Shown in pieces: positions 37,791 to 51,735 of a DNA stretch of 64,000 bases. This DNA is from Phoronis australis (Eukaryota > Animalia > Phoronida): positions 380,995 to 444,994 of the forward strand of contig NMRA01000199.1 of the NCBI GenBank assembly GCA_002633005.1, written 5' to 3'. Every line of letters starts with the position of its first letter. Position 1 is the stretch's first letter. The notes under the pieces were generated by a model. The model saw only the letters and a list, made by a program, of their open reading frames with translations. It was not told where the DNA came from and did not search any database. Made by a program: the position numbers and the translations under genes.

Positions 37791-39825
37791 CTTTCACGTT
37801 TGCAGTGTTACAATTTATACTAAATCGAGCCATTGAGTCAACAACAGTATACTATAATAATCATTTGCAGAGCCAAAGTTGCATCATAAATGTACATACT
37901 GAGTAAGAAAGCCAGCTACATGTAGTTGTATGAAGACTATCGTCAACACCACAGCTAGGTAGCCGTGTGTAGACTGCTCCGTCGGATACCGAAATTTCAC
38001 ACAACTCAGGTGCTCAGCTCGTCACCTAGTCGTGAAAATTAGAGCTAACAACCTGCAGGGGAGCATGCAGAATCTGGGAATGAACCGAAATTCACCTTGC
38101 CTGTTACAGCCGTTGATGGAAGTAAAATAATCTAATAAACGTTATTTTTCGTAATTCTTCCCTCTTGTAACAAAGAAAAATCTGTCCGACCGTCGTTTTG
38201 AACAGTGCATACCGTAGGCCTACTCGTGACACGCGAACGTACGCGCCATGTCCTAAAATTTTGCGATATCTCTCGAGAGTTTGTTCTGAAATTGAGTTAT
38301 CTGGTATTAAAATAGGAAAAACTTGTAACAAAATGAAACCACTTCCGATTTTTACATGTACGCAACCGCCAGTTGATTGAAGATCATGGACATTGGCCAA
38401 TAGGTGACGCAATGGCGCCCAAAAGCATATTGCAATTTTAGCAGCAGAATAACTGAAGAATGCCAATTTTCCAACACCCGGGTAAATAACTTAGTTTCCT
38501 CAAGGAAGATTAAAAAATTTTTAATGAGGCATCATAATTTTGGCGACGACAGGCCCGATGAATTATCTACTCGACAGAAGCCGCAGGGAGTGAAATTATG
38601 CCGACGTAGTGACGTCACCGCAACCGTTGAGCCGACCGACTGACGTCACCAAGGCCAGTATCAAACCGGCCACCCTCCCTCCGCGTCCACAAAAAAACGG
38701 CCCGAGGAAAAAAATAGAACACCTCGAATCCAAATAGGGGGCCGATGCAATACCTGGGACCAAGACGGTGCCGAAACGGGCGCAAATAAGGTCTGTAGTG
38801 GAGCGGGGGAGACGGAGTTTGTGCAAACGATGCATTTTACTATATTTTGTGGATATTCACCATTTTGGCTGATTGTGGCTCCTATACAGTACGTTACTGT
38901 TTGAGCAATAGATTATTACTGCAGTATTCAGAGGAGGAAATCAAATGCCTGTAATTCTTTGAGTACCCCTGTGAGAGCTTGCTCGCCTCATTAAATATTT
39001 TTAAAGGGCTTGGGAATGGTGTCCCCAAGACGAATTCGATTCAGAGGGTAAAATTTTACAAGCGATCATACAAGACAATTCTACTCGGCTCCTAACAGTG
39101 TACACCCACAATAAACACTCTACAAGTCAATGTCTTTGAAACCAGGGTAATAATTTCTAATAAAAATAACGATTATTCTTATTCAGATACAATGGCCATT
39201 TTCCTTCAAATCCATGTTTTTTCGATTGAAAAGTGACTTCACAAACGTCTGTTTTCTCTCATCCTCCGATGAGCAATTGAAGTGTTTATTCTGCACGTTC
39301 CAAGAAGGCAAGATTTTGTGGAGGTATTGTTCAGTAAACAAGACGGCATGTATGTTTGGCAAGTTGTTTACCTGATGGTTTCAGAGAGGCGAGATTGATG
39401 TCGAGTCAGGTCCTACCATGTCTTCATCAGCAGTGTGTGTTGCATCTGCAGAAACCCCACTTGTCACGTCCTCTCCCCAGCACGCGATGAGACTCAGCTG
39501 AAGACTCACCCAACACTGCCGTCCACCACGGACTCTTCACCTCCCCTTCTACCTCTAGAGCATCAGTTGGAGTCACGTGTTGAATATTTAGACTCCTCGG
39601 ACAATACTTCTTCTATCCCAGAAATGCGTCCCAGGTAAGCTTTTATATGTATTTATGACTTGGTCTTAAAGAATTAGGAAAAGATTTTGACCAATATTAA
39701 CTGAGCTTTTGTTTACACTTGATACTTCGCAAAAATCCCAGGTCACCATACGGAATTTGAGGTTGCCAGAACTGACATCGAAATTATCGACTAAAAAAGT
39801 CATGCCACACTCTGTTCTGACTGAG

Positions 39826-41137
39826 ACAAGAGCACCGCGGAGTGTTGAAATGCGCCCACGAATGTATTACAAATGGTGTGCTTTCTGGGTCATTTGTATC
39901 ATAAAAATGGCCACTAGATGGCGCAAAAACGTATAAACCATCCAAAAACGGGTGCATGCCATATTTCATAAAAATCTGTCAAGGAACTTCAGAGAAACAA
40001 AGGAAAACAGAACAAGATGAAATTGCCACTTGTGGGCACAACATCTGTTCCATTCGCCTGAAAGTCGCTGTCTGTTATCTTCATATAAATTCACTTACTA
40101 AATTTGATAAAGATCCTCCAGTGGGTTTTGAAGATACAGCTATGGGCGCAAAACAGAACAAAATTACCACTGGGAGGCGCCACAGTAGTCAGTCACCATC
40201 ATCAAACGTCCTCTTCACACTGAAAGCATGTACCCCAATTTTCAAAATCATCCCTAGAATGATATGGTTGATCGAAGGGTGGACGCCGAAAACAAGATTT
40301 GAAAACAGCAAAAATGGCCACTGGATGGCGCAAAATATCTCGATTCCATCCAAAAACAGCATGATAGCGTCATCTCACCAATAGATGCCTATATTCAAAA
40401 TTTTATGAAAATCTGTTGAGGACCTTTGAAGATACAGACTGGTAAACGTAAAAAACTAAAACTGCCGCTAGGGGGCACACCAGAAGTCAGATCCCTCCGA
40501 ACGTTTTCGTCGTCCATTGTTAACATCATATAAATACACTTTCTAAATTAAGTAAAGAACCTGCAAATCGTTTAGTAGATGCAGCCATGAGCTCAAAAAC
40601 AACAAAACTGCCACTAGGAAGCGCCAAAGTAGCCGAACTCGTCGGAAAATCGTCGTCAGCCGTCCTATTCATAGCAAAAACATACATGCAAATTTTCACA
40701 ATTATCCTGAAAGCCGCTTGGTTGATAGATGAGTGGACGCCAAAAAACAAACTCGAAAACAGTAAAAATGGCCACTAGGTAGCGCAAACTAGATCAAATC
40801 CATCTGAAAACGGGAGGATAGCGTCATCTCCTTAATAGGTGCCTATATACCAAATTTTATGAAAATCGGTTCAGGACTTATGAAGATACAGAGGTAAACG
40901 TAAAAAACTAAAATTGTCACTAGGGGCACACCGGTAGTCGGATCCGTCTGTAAATTCGCTCATGCCGTCCCATCTACGGAAGGAACACATCTGCAAAATT
41001 TCACGTACCCATACGTTAAGGAATTTTGGAGGTAGAGCAGCGGACGCCGGACACCGGACGGACGGAAGGACGGAATGACGGACGGACGGAGATGCCGGCA
41101 TAATGTGTCCACATATAAATATTTGGGTGCATAAAAA
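39826..41137 (+). mobile_element. Helentron-associated (HINE/DINE-1-like) non-autonomous element with internal ~150-bp tandem array
   Basis: Starts ACAAGAG. Internal repeats each carry a CCACTAGRKGGCGC-like motif, followed by a (GACG)n microsatellite at ~41055-41090, a 3' imperfect hairpin and ATAAAAA. Confidence 0.75.
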
Positions 41138-42149
41138 TTACACACACCTTTTCCATATTTCCCGTAAACAGTAATATGCACCATCCAATTCAATCTCATG
41201 TCAGTGAAGAATGCTGACTATCGGATACACTGCAGGCGCACGTTTCATGGTCTGATCTCGACAAGTAATTTTGACTTCTGTCTGTTAACCTCCTGTTGTA
41301 ATTTAACCACGTGTTGGATGTACACCCACAACTGAGATTGACAAATGCACTGATTTTACGAAATAAATGAAGCAGTTGTGAACCAAAAATATTGCATCCA
41401 GGAAAACTGTTAGTCATTTAAAGTTTAGAAGTCACTACAAATTTTGAAGCGAATTTCTGGAGAATTATTTTCTGACTTTGATACTCGCATATGACTGCTT
41501 CATGGCAACTTGGCCTTTTTTCCAGGCTGCCGAACACAATCTGAAGTTGAGCACTGAACTTGTGTTGTATGATAGCGGTAGTTATATAATAGCTGGCTTG
41601 TTGTCCAACAGTATCTGTGGAAGGTATTACAGCCATTGAATGAAGTCATAGATACCTTTGTGTTTGCCTGTAGATATGTAAATTAGCATTGCAAATAAAC
41701 CTAACATTATTCTATAAAACAGCTTCTTTGCCACTAGCAAATCTTCCTACATGATGCAGTTGACAAGGTCTGGTGTGACCCACTGCTAGATCTCCTCATG
41801 AGTTTGCCTCCTGAGGTACTTCCGGGGATGACGCAAGATGTGACAGGTAAGTTGACCTTGTTTATAAATAAATGCTGCTATGATAACTTCCGTTTCATAT
41901 CAACAAAACAACGATCAATAAGAATTATGGCAGGTTTTACTTATAGTAGTTAAGCATACATGTTTTCATTTGCTAAGGTGACCCATGCTCTGTGCTGTAA
42001 ATGATGAAGTTGTTATTAGTGACGGAAAATATATTTTCTTAGTATTGTTGTCAAAAGAGAAAATTACGATCACTCGCATTTACATTGTAGCCCTGACCAT
42101 TTCTTTAAGTACGGATCATACTCTCGACAGCACAACAGAAACTTACTCG

Positions 42150-42695
42150 CGAGAGGAAGAGACGAGGCGCCCACCGTGGCATCATCACGAAACTGTTTTC
42201 AGAGACTGAACAACTCATGAGTGATATGGACTATGACGGCGTAAAAACGAACTTGGATCTCATAACACAAAAATGGACTTAATAGCAACTCTGGACAATA
42301 GCGTCCTTGACCTTGTCGAGGATGACGACATCGAACATACGATCGAGGAATCGGACAATTATAACACGGACGCCTATAAACAACGGGCAAAAATTATTCT
42401 ATTCCTCGAGCAGGCCTCTTCTACAACAGGCCCTGCATCGATAACGGCTTCGGTAAAAACAACAAATCTACCAAAGCTGCAGCTGCCGAAATTTGGTGGT
42501 GATATTAAAAACTGGACTGCCTTTTTTGACACGTTCGATTCGGCAGTGCATAGTCAGTGAGGACTTTCAGCCGTGCAAAAATTCCAATATCCCCAAGCGC
42601 AGTTATTTGGAGACGCTGCTAAGGCCATCAGCGGGCTTTCGCTTACGGCTGCCAATTACGAAAGCGCGCAGGAACTTTTGAATAAACGATCCGGA
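42150..42695 (+). mobile_element. BEL/Pao LTR retrotransposon gag fragment (DUF1759-like), decayed
   Basis: RKRRGAHRGIITKL ... LPKLQLPKFGGDIKNWTAFFDTFDSAVH.*GLSAVQKFQY..QLFGDAAKAISGLSLTAANYESAQELLNKR, with in-frame stops. No LTRs were seen. Confidence 0.85.
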
Positions 42696-43479
42696 CTACA
42701 CAACTAACCCACCTCACGATCAGATTGGAAAACGTGTGATCTATGGTGCATAAAATGTAACATTTAGATGTTTGATAGGATACATATCCATGTACAAAAA
42801 ATGATTTTTGAAGACTGATTTTTGAAAATCTACCAGAAACATATATTTTATTAGCTTTGATAAAGTAGGCCATTGTCTAGTTTATTTTGAAAACTATTGT
42901 ATGCTAGTTTTTGCACCTTTACAAAGTGTATTTTACGTTGTATTGTAATTTTTTGGTATGTTAGAGACCATAAAAACTTAGATCTGTCCATGCATATATT
43001 GTTAAAGCAAAGTTCGTTACGTGTTTTTAAATATTTTTAAGAAACTATCCACCAGCATTGCATCAAAGCTAGGGCAACGGATGGTATGCTATGTCACTCC
43101 GTTTTTCGAACAACCAGGTGCATACATGGCAAACCTTTTACAACACTATGGCAAACACTAAAAAATAAGAACCAGTGATGATAAAATATGATGTAAACTC
43201 TTTCAATAATATGGCGCAACAATGTGTGATAAGCAGTCGATGCCCCACCACTGACATATCGGTGATCGCTGTCAGGATTTCAGTGTTTTGGCAATAAATA
43301 TGAATCAGATTTTGTTTGGCTCACAACTCGGGCAAATGTGGGTTTTATATGTATGTGAGAACCGGTAAACTGCTGCATTATTTTTACTACAGTCATCTTT
43401 TAATCTTGAAATTGGGTAAAAAAACAAGAACAAAAAATAATTATAATGTCTTGTAATCTGTCATAGAATGCTTGCTTCA

Positions 43480-44030
43480 CGGCATAACTTTTGTAAAGCC
43501 AAAAAAATAAATATTCCAATTTGAAGTAGGGTTGTGGCCAGTTTAAACTTGGTATTAGGATGAAATTAATCTCAAGAGTCTCAAGATAAAAAATGTGTTT
43601 ACAACACGTTACCAGTCAGAGAGGGTTTGGGTCATCACATGACTTTTTGTAACGCAAATATACAATTATTTCACATTTAGGTAAGGGCGTGGCTTGCTTA
43701 AGCTTGAAATTGGGTAGAAAACAACTGCAAATGCTTTCAGATGTGTTCCAGAACTAATATAAAATGCATTTATAACATACAGTTACCGGTCAGAGAATGT
43801 TGGGTTCTTCACACAATTTTTGGTAAAGAAGAAGTTGAATTATTCCAAGTTTAAGCAAAGGCGTGGCTTGCTTAAACTTGGAATTGGGTGCAAAACAACT
43901 ACCAGTGCATTCAGATGTGTTTCAAAGGTAATAGAAAATGTATTTAAAATGTGTTGCAACCAGTTACCTAATGTTTGGTTCACCAAAGTAGAAATTGAAT
44001 TATTCCAAGTTTAAGCAAGGGCGTAGCTTT
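43480..44030. repeat. Degenerate ~160-175-bp tandem repeat
   Basis: attccaagtttaagcaagggcgtggcttgcttaaacttg-like cores at ~43512, ~43668, ~43842 and ~44001. Confidence 0.7.
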
Positions 44031-47000
44031 GTAATTATAATTTTCCTTTGCGACATAACCCCATTTTCCCGCTCGACAAAAAACGCTGTGTTTGTGTTTG
44101 TGTTTTACAGCGAACGTTTCACCCTTACGTTTTGTACTATAACAATCTTAAAGATGTGTTCCAATGTTTCTTGTTCACGGTGTCATCAAAGATATTTTAG
44201 TATCCTTGATGACCGCGTACACTACATGTATCACGATCACTAACTTTTACTTTCTGAAGAAACTAGTTTACTTCTAATTGTTTATGGAAAATCCTACACT
44301 GCAACCTGTGTTAAGAGCTGTCCAAAATACATTTCAAAGTTACGTTATAGTTGTTTGCTCAATTTTTTATCTATCAAAAAATTTGTCATCAAATTTCGGA
44401 AAGATTCTTGGCGTAGTTTATTGCATTTCCGTAGATGTCGCTGCATTCTGAAATCTGTCTGAATAATTGCATAACGCAGCACCAAAGGTCCAATTAATCA
44501 TAATATATATAGTGTATAATTTTGGATGAATGCCTGATTAAATTATGCACAGCAAGTGTGGGGGATCCATATTCTAAAACATTGGTCTTTATTGGGTGGT
44601 CAAAAATCTTTTGAATCATTAAAATTATTTTCCTAATGGTTTAACTGCGCAGTCATTCATGTAACCTCTCTGGTTCTTATCCTTTTTTACTGTTACACGA
44701 TGTTATTTTTCATATTTTGGTAACATTTGCTTTTTAGAATTAAATATTATTTTTAAACCAGTCAGGTATGCGAAAAAATTATTACTTGTGAATTAAATTA
44801 TTTATATTTTGCTTTTGAAATGATCATCAAGAACAGACAGAGGACTTCCTAATGATATGAATTTTATGCAGTTCGGCGGAGTTGCGAAAAGGTTTAATGA
44901 CAGTAAATTGCATTGCAAATTCACACATCGGAACAAACGAATGCAAGCAATTCTCACGTATGCGCGTCGCAACCTCAGAGGCGCGAGATTGGAGTTAGCA
45001 TTCCAGGGCTAGAATTCTATGCCATTTCGTACCTGCGTTTTACATCAGTCTCCTGGCACGTGGTGTGTATAACAATGAATTGTTGACCTACATTGAAATG
45101 GACCACAATGAATCAGCTTAACCCACTTAATACGTTGGCTCCGCCTAGATCAAGTTGGACATGCATTGGACATCAACATGGCTAATTAAACACTGCACAT
45201 ATATGTGACATTACACGTGAATATTGCAATATTGAACACGGCTAAAGGGTGTATGTTTTATATTGACCGAAAACACGTTTTCAGCAAATAATAGCTCCAA
45301 GTCCTTGAGATTGTCACATGTACCAACTTAATCGGCTTTTTTCGATTTCTGAAAATCGACTTAGTTTGAAATGAGGAACACAAGTTCTCGATAACAGCTC
45401 CATGGGTTTCGCTGAAACTTTCCAAACTCAACAGCTATTCACCAATCTCAAAAACGCTATTAAGATTTTCGGTATAAAGGCCTAGTTTTTGCGTAATGTA
45501 ACAAAGACGAATATAACTGTTATTTTTATAAAAATACTTTACGTTTGATTTAAGACGATTTGTCATAGAAACCAAACCAAAAAACTAATAAAAAATTTCC
45601 AACAGCATTTTTGAGGAACTGGTGACGTTTCCATTTAAAAGAGCTTTCATTAAAATCAACCTTATTTTGCTATGAATGTATCTTAAATAAAAATTTGACT
45701 TGAAAATGTGTTAACGTAATGATAATGGTAAATAAATATAAAACATATTTTTGATTCCGTGGTCTCTTTTCTTTCAGAAAATACATTTACTAGTTGTCAA
45801 AACCTAGTTTTTCATATAAGAGTTAGAATGGAGGCCACTAAATAAGGTTTGAATAACCTTCAGCTTTGCATGTTTCGTATTGGTGCTTTTATTAGTATCT
45901 GTATTTGCGCTGAGTGAATGTAATCGCCGTGTCTGTACCCAGACTACGGAAATCTGGTGAAATTACGGGCAAGTACAAATCAAAATATACGCCCATGGCA
46001 TCCTTCTCGTAAACTCGTGGACGCAACTACAGAAACCGCTATGAAAATGAATTACGTCAAAGAGCTAGCAAAGGTGGTTAAAAAGATGTTAGGACTGATG
46101 CAAAATGGTCACATTATGACACACAGATACATTTTCGAAAATATGTTACTCATGTGCTGGTCCTCGAACCACTTAACAACGGATTCCACTGCGTCGTTGG
46201 CCTGGGGATAGTCTGCATGCACCTCGAAATATTTTGCCTCTCGAGACAATGGTTGTACTTGATCGACTTCACCGGTTTCAACGGCTGAAACATTCGAGTG
46301 GTTTAAAACCCGAAGTCGTCGTCGTAAACCATTCAGATGTCTTAGCTAGACGGCCCAGCGGAACTGACGAAGTCAGTTAAGTATACCCAATGGCACTGCA
46401 AACCAAATTTCTTATTTGGAATAGAATGTTGCGTCCAGGCATTCAGAGTACCTATTTCAGCTTTCACGAAGCTGTACGTCACTAACTGGAGAAAGCTTCA
46501 AACCACGTCAGGGCTCGTCTTTCATAACACATTATCACGCGCCACGTTGTTATTGCTGAACAATGCACCTGACTTGTTCAGTGGATAGCTTCAATATTCA
46601 TGCAACCCAGTCCAGGTGTCTAAAGTTTGAAGCGATATTACGTGCGCGTTTTCAAAATCCCAAAAACTGCTGTCAACGACCATTTACTACTCCAAAGCAT
46701 ATATTATTGATCTGTAAATTTAAAATCATTTACAACTTCAATCGTTACAAGCAAAAAGATAATGAGACAAAAAGTTCACAAAATTGTTTACAGTTATTGT
46801 TGGCACTGACTATGAGATTTCAGGAAATATTTTATTAACAGCCAGAGTAGAGTTCAATAGCTCTCCACTCTCGCGGCTTAAAAATGTAGCCAAATCGCGT
46901 GCTTGCATTTAGAATACACAACAATATCTCACTTAATTTCGTGAAGTCTTGCTTTTTAGCGATGTCCTAACATAGGTTTTATTGTTACTGAACTCTTCCC

Positions 47001-47746
47001 AGGTTTCACGTTTACATCACCTAACTTCATGCTCTAACAAAGCTCCAATTAAAGGTCTCGAAGTATAGGCGTCTGGACAACTATCCATGGAAATGATAAT
47101 TTTTTTAACCAAAGATTACAAATTAGGTTTCTAAAGTCATAATCTCAAGAGAGTTGCATGAGAGATCAGTGTGGTAAGACCATGGACAATCACGCAAGTG
47201 AAACACGTACTAAATTATTCAATAAACTGAGGTTTAAATTAAGAGATCTAAGGCTTCTAGCCGTTATCAAAAAGGACCTATGCACCTAAATAAACAAATA
47301 AAAATATGTAAATGAAAGAAATTATGTTACAAAATATGTAGAAGTAAACAAGAAATATAGTTAATTAGAAAACAAAATGAAGAAGCGCCAGCCACAGTCC
47401 ATGTACTTGCTTAGGAAACAAATGGCGTATGGACTGAGGACTTCGTATGCCACAGTTAAAGCACCATGGCTGTTGAACACATAGTGACCGATGGCAAAAT
47501 TGGCAACTTGGACTGCACAGGAGCCCCGACAAAAGCGCAGCCTGAGAGTCTCGTTATTGTTGTCGGTCACTGACTGTGCTTTTTGACGTTTATATCAACT
47601 GTACTTATTCATTATCATGTCATTCGGCTAAATCACATTCCTACATAGTAGATCAAGCACTTAGCATTATAGCATTAAAGCCATTCGAGGCCAATAGGTT
47701 TCGATGGGGTGATTATTTTTTCTTGATCGGCCTTGAAACGAAAGGT

Positions 47747-48828
47747 TCAATTAATTTTTGGTATCTTTGAGGAGGTCATGCTGTCGTCACTGTCAGAACT
47801 CAAGTTTCTCTTCCTGGAGGGTTCAATACCAGAAGTCGAGCCATATTTATCAATGGAGGTCTCCAAAGTATCTTGTTGTTTGACGGTATTGGCATCCGTC
47901 GGTGGATCTATGCATAATTCGTAGGAAGATTCTTTGTTGGTATTTTCGGCTCCTGGTTCTTTGGATGTATCGTCATGATTTCCAGTTGGTGTTTCGCCCT
48001 CAACGCTTGTGGCGAATGTTACCGCAGAGATGTCGCTACTTCCCGCCTTGTCTGCTCCATTGTTAGCATTGTCTGCGCTGCTATCGCTAGTTTCTATCTC
48101 CTTGAAGACCTCACTTGTGAGCGGAACTACTTTACTATTGTTCAACCGGCGATTTTTCATCGGGTCCAAGTCAGCATTTACGTTGCATGTTGCACAGCCA
48201 ATCCTTTTTCTTTTACCACCCGGCGTTGAGCTGCCCATCCCTATTACAGCTATATCCTTCAGTGTTGCGCCGTTTTTCAGAGCGTCTTGTTTGTCAACTT
48301 CCTCTGTGTAGAAAACTTCAATCCATACCCCGTTTCTTGTCTTAATTTCTTTTCCTTGGACATCCACCCATAGGAACTTATTGTCTCTGACATCAAGTTG
48401 GATGAGATTATCTCTACAGAAGTTGTCGCTGTCTGTTCCAGAATGTGTCATAACTAAGGTTACGTAATGTGGTCTGGGTCTTGTGTTCTTGCGAATGAAA
48501 CGTGGCTCGGTGCAGAAAAAGTCAGCGAAGTAAAGGTTGCATGGTTTCTTTAAGAAAAACTCCACAGGGATGGCTATTTGCATTCTTCCAAATGGGGATT
48601 CGTTTGGCAATGAACCACCATCCTTATTGTTGGCATGGAAGTACACCCCAGCAAGTTTACCCTCGTTAATAGGGCATTTCGGGTCACCTCCACAATCTTT
48701 ATCTTTTAACGGTAATTTATCAACTTCAAAATATGAAGGGTCTTTCGCTCGATGGAAGTAAATGCATGTCTCAGAGCTGCCCACGTTTCGTTCTGCTTTC
48801 TCCAGCAATTGTTCCAGGTGTGACTGTC
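47747..48828 (-). CDS. PHYHIPL: PHYHIP/PHYHIPL-like copy 3, main exon (intact; 362 aa with micro-exon)
   Basis: Uninterrupted frame to TGA at 47749-47747. Acceptor ctgtattgcag|GA, with AG at 48830-48829. All PHYHIP_C motifs are present. The N-terminal extension in the ORF track is intronic. Confidence 0.9.
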
Positions 48829-51735
48829 CTGCAATACAGATCAAAGTAAAAAGTACATACATTTTATCCGTAAATATTTTGGGAAGTATCACAGAACAAT
48901 TGAAAGCAAACAAATACATAAGATAATGCAAAACAATCTACTGCTGCTACTCGGGCTACACGCCGAACCGACGTAGGATCCTGGTCAGAAAGGGCTGTGT
49001 TAGTGAACAGACATAGAGCATTGTTATTTTCTTCTATTGCAGTGTTATAAAAGGAGCCATTGGTGTGGACCAATTATATTTGAGACACCTTTCTAGATTT
49101 GAGTTTATTGATAACTACTGACAGCATTTTCTGAACCATAATCAATGAAGACGTCAAAAATGCAAAAGCATTGTTCATACCTGTGTGGGATTTCCTACTA
49201 ATGCCCTCTGACGGATCTGAAACGTCACAATATGGAAGGGGAAAAATTTGCGTGACCACACAAATTTCGGCGTTTTTTTTTCTAGGTTGAGCCAGGAGGT
49301 GTTGCCTGGGCCTTTAGCAGCCCACCTCCTACATCTGCCATGGTATGAAATCAAAGTAGATAAAGAACATGCATGGAGGAACGATGCACAATTTTCAATC
49401 TGCACCTGTGTTTCACTGTCGCAACCAATTGAATGTCCAGTTCTTCATTACCCGAATAAAATAAATTCTATATCATCGTAGACAAGTTGGCATCATAGGG
49501 CGAGAGTAGTCTTAGAGGTGTACACAATATCGAAATTACTAGTGCACAGTACTTTTTGCTTATTTTAGATGAGTTGCGTAATTCTAATTTCTCTTCAATC
49601 CATCTCGTGCATGAGTACGCGGGGTTGACTTAGCGATTATCTTAGCAGCTTATCAGTGCGTGTTCAAGCAAATGCCAGTAACGCGGTAATAAGTTCCCCA
49701 GTAAGCGCAAGGTCCCTAAAGTGCTCCTTTTTGAACAACAGTGCTTGTAAGTAGAAATGAGTCTTGTTCTTAAATGTTTAACTTTTTTAACTTTAGGCAT
49801 CACCGTTAAAGCTGCATTTCTGATCTTGAATTGTTGCCGAATGAAAGTGGCTTGTCATTTTCCGTACTACTTTGTAAACGTACGAAAGCATTAAAGGACA
49901 CGATGACTTCGCACGGGAGTGGACAAACTTTGTACCGAAAAACTTACGATTTTCACCCATATTACAACTTATTACTAATTTGGTGCAAAAACAAATCACT
50001 GGAATGAACGATAATGGCAAGTACACTGAAATGAAAACTCTTCACATATCCTCGAATGAGGAAAAAGATAAGGCATGCAGAAGGGTTGTCAGGAAATTTA
50101 TTTTCTATGACACCGTTAAACGTGTAGTTACGCACACATTCACGGCTGCCAATATCCATCCCTCACGTGCGAAGAGGGGGGGAAGAGATTGAGGGCCGTG
50201 ATATTCACTTCATTCGTATGGTCCCACACCCTAGCTGCAGTTTATCTTTGACACAAAAATATATTTCGTTTTTAAAACAATCAGCTTTTTATTCTTGCTT
50301 TTCTACCAAGACGCACGCTGTGTAGAACTATGTCACTCGCTTTATTCTAATTAATTATCGCTAATTACGAGTCTTTTTGTCCATTCCAAATTTGACTTAT
50401 TTAAAGCAGTTTTATTTTGCCAACAGTTACCACTGTCCACAACTAGGGCTGGATAGCAATGGTCAGGATATTTACTATAGACAACTAATATCCCTTTCGT
50501 CCTCAGTCAACCTCCCTCTGATTCTTAATTCAAATACCTGTCGTCAGATTCGCTGTCGAGGTAGATGCCTCTCCCGTGTTCCATTGTCGTTCGTTAAAAA
50601 TCTTCCATACATCCAGGAACTTTCGCTTGTTGCTTACTGTTAAGATAAACAACGAGTTTGTTGGATTCTGGTTTACATGATTTGTTTATGTACCTACAAA
50701 AATTGAATGGTTCGCAGGTGTTTTTTGACGGTAAGAAGCTAACCTTGAAGGAATTGATGATGTTTCAGTAACCTTAATGGCTTGCTGAATTTGGGAAATT
50801 TTCCATTGTACGCTCCCTAGTAGCAAAGAACATTGATCGTTTTTGTCCAACTGAAATAACTCTTAAAGATATAATGAGCTTCATGCAGTTCTAAAATGTG
50901 AACCAAAAATGTACTCACAATATTCAAATGGCAATAAATGCTTGTTTACTGACCAAGGAACGAGACTAGTGGTTTATACTCACAAAAAGATGGAGATCAA
51001 AAAGGAATTATTCCTTGAATGAAATTAAAGACTTTGTTCGCAAAGTTGGGAAGAGTAATTAGCTATGCACTTCTTTGATGTTTTTATAGTTTTTCAGTAG
51101 TATTGAGCGATAAATTTTCGTTCTCGATAACTGACTCGTTCACTTGCCAGAATCTGAATTTGAACTTTCGGCGTTGTTCTGAAGAGTCAGTACATATGTT
51201 TGGTGTTTCATCTCTGTCAGAAACTGACTGTGGGTTTGTTTAAAAAGTAACTGTGCTTTGAGATTGTGCGTAGATGGAGAGTGAATGATTAAATCCAGTA
51301 AATAATTTATTATTTGAAAACAACTAATTAAACAAGTGAAATCTGTTGTTAATTACGTAATCAACTACAAAGAAGAGTAACTACGCTAGCGCCCCCTGTA
51401 AAGATTACTTCAATCAATCAACCAGAACAATCTGTCTTATCTGCTATCCAAGCTGTTAAGACTCTCCAGTCTCCACTTGTTCGATGATAGTCCTGTTGGT
51501 GAATCTTCGAACTAATACCAAAGGCTTTATGGGATATAGCATCTTTGCTAATTCACACTGTAATTGCGACAGCGTACTCGCTGGTCACACTTCGTGACAC
51601 AGCACTTGCTGGCAGTATCTTCTACCCACGATTGTTCTTGCTGGTCACAGTCTCTCGTGACGTAACACGTATAGGCAGTATCTTACTATTCACGATGCAA
51701 GTGACAAGCTCTTAGTTAACTCCCTGTTGTTTTTT

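Noticed and set aside
48829-48931. Hydrophobic N-terminal 'signal peptide' on the copy-3 ORF (and MYVIFTSIYIT on copy 1)
   Set aside because: It is the T-rich polypyrimidine tract of the intron. The conserved acceptor and the upstream ATG micro-exon explain the true start.
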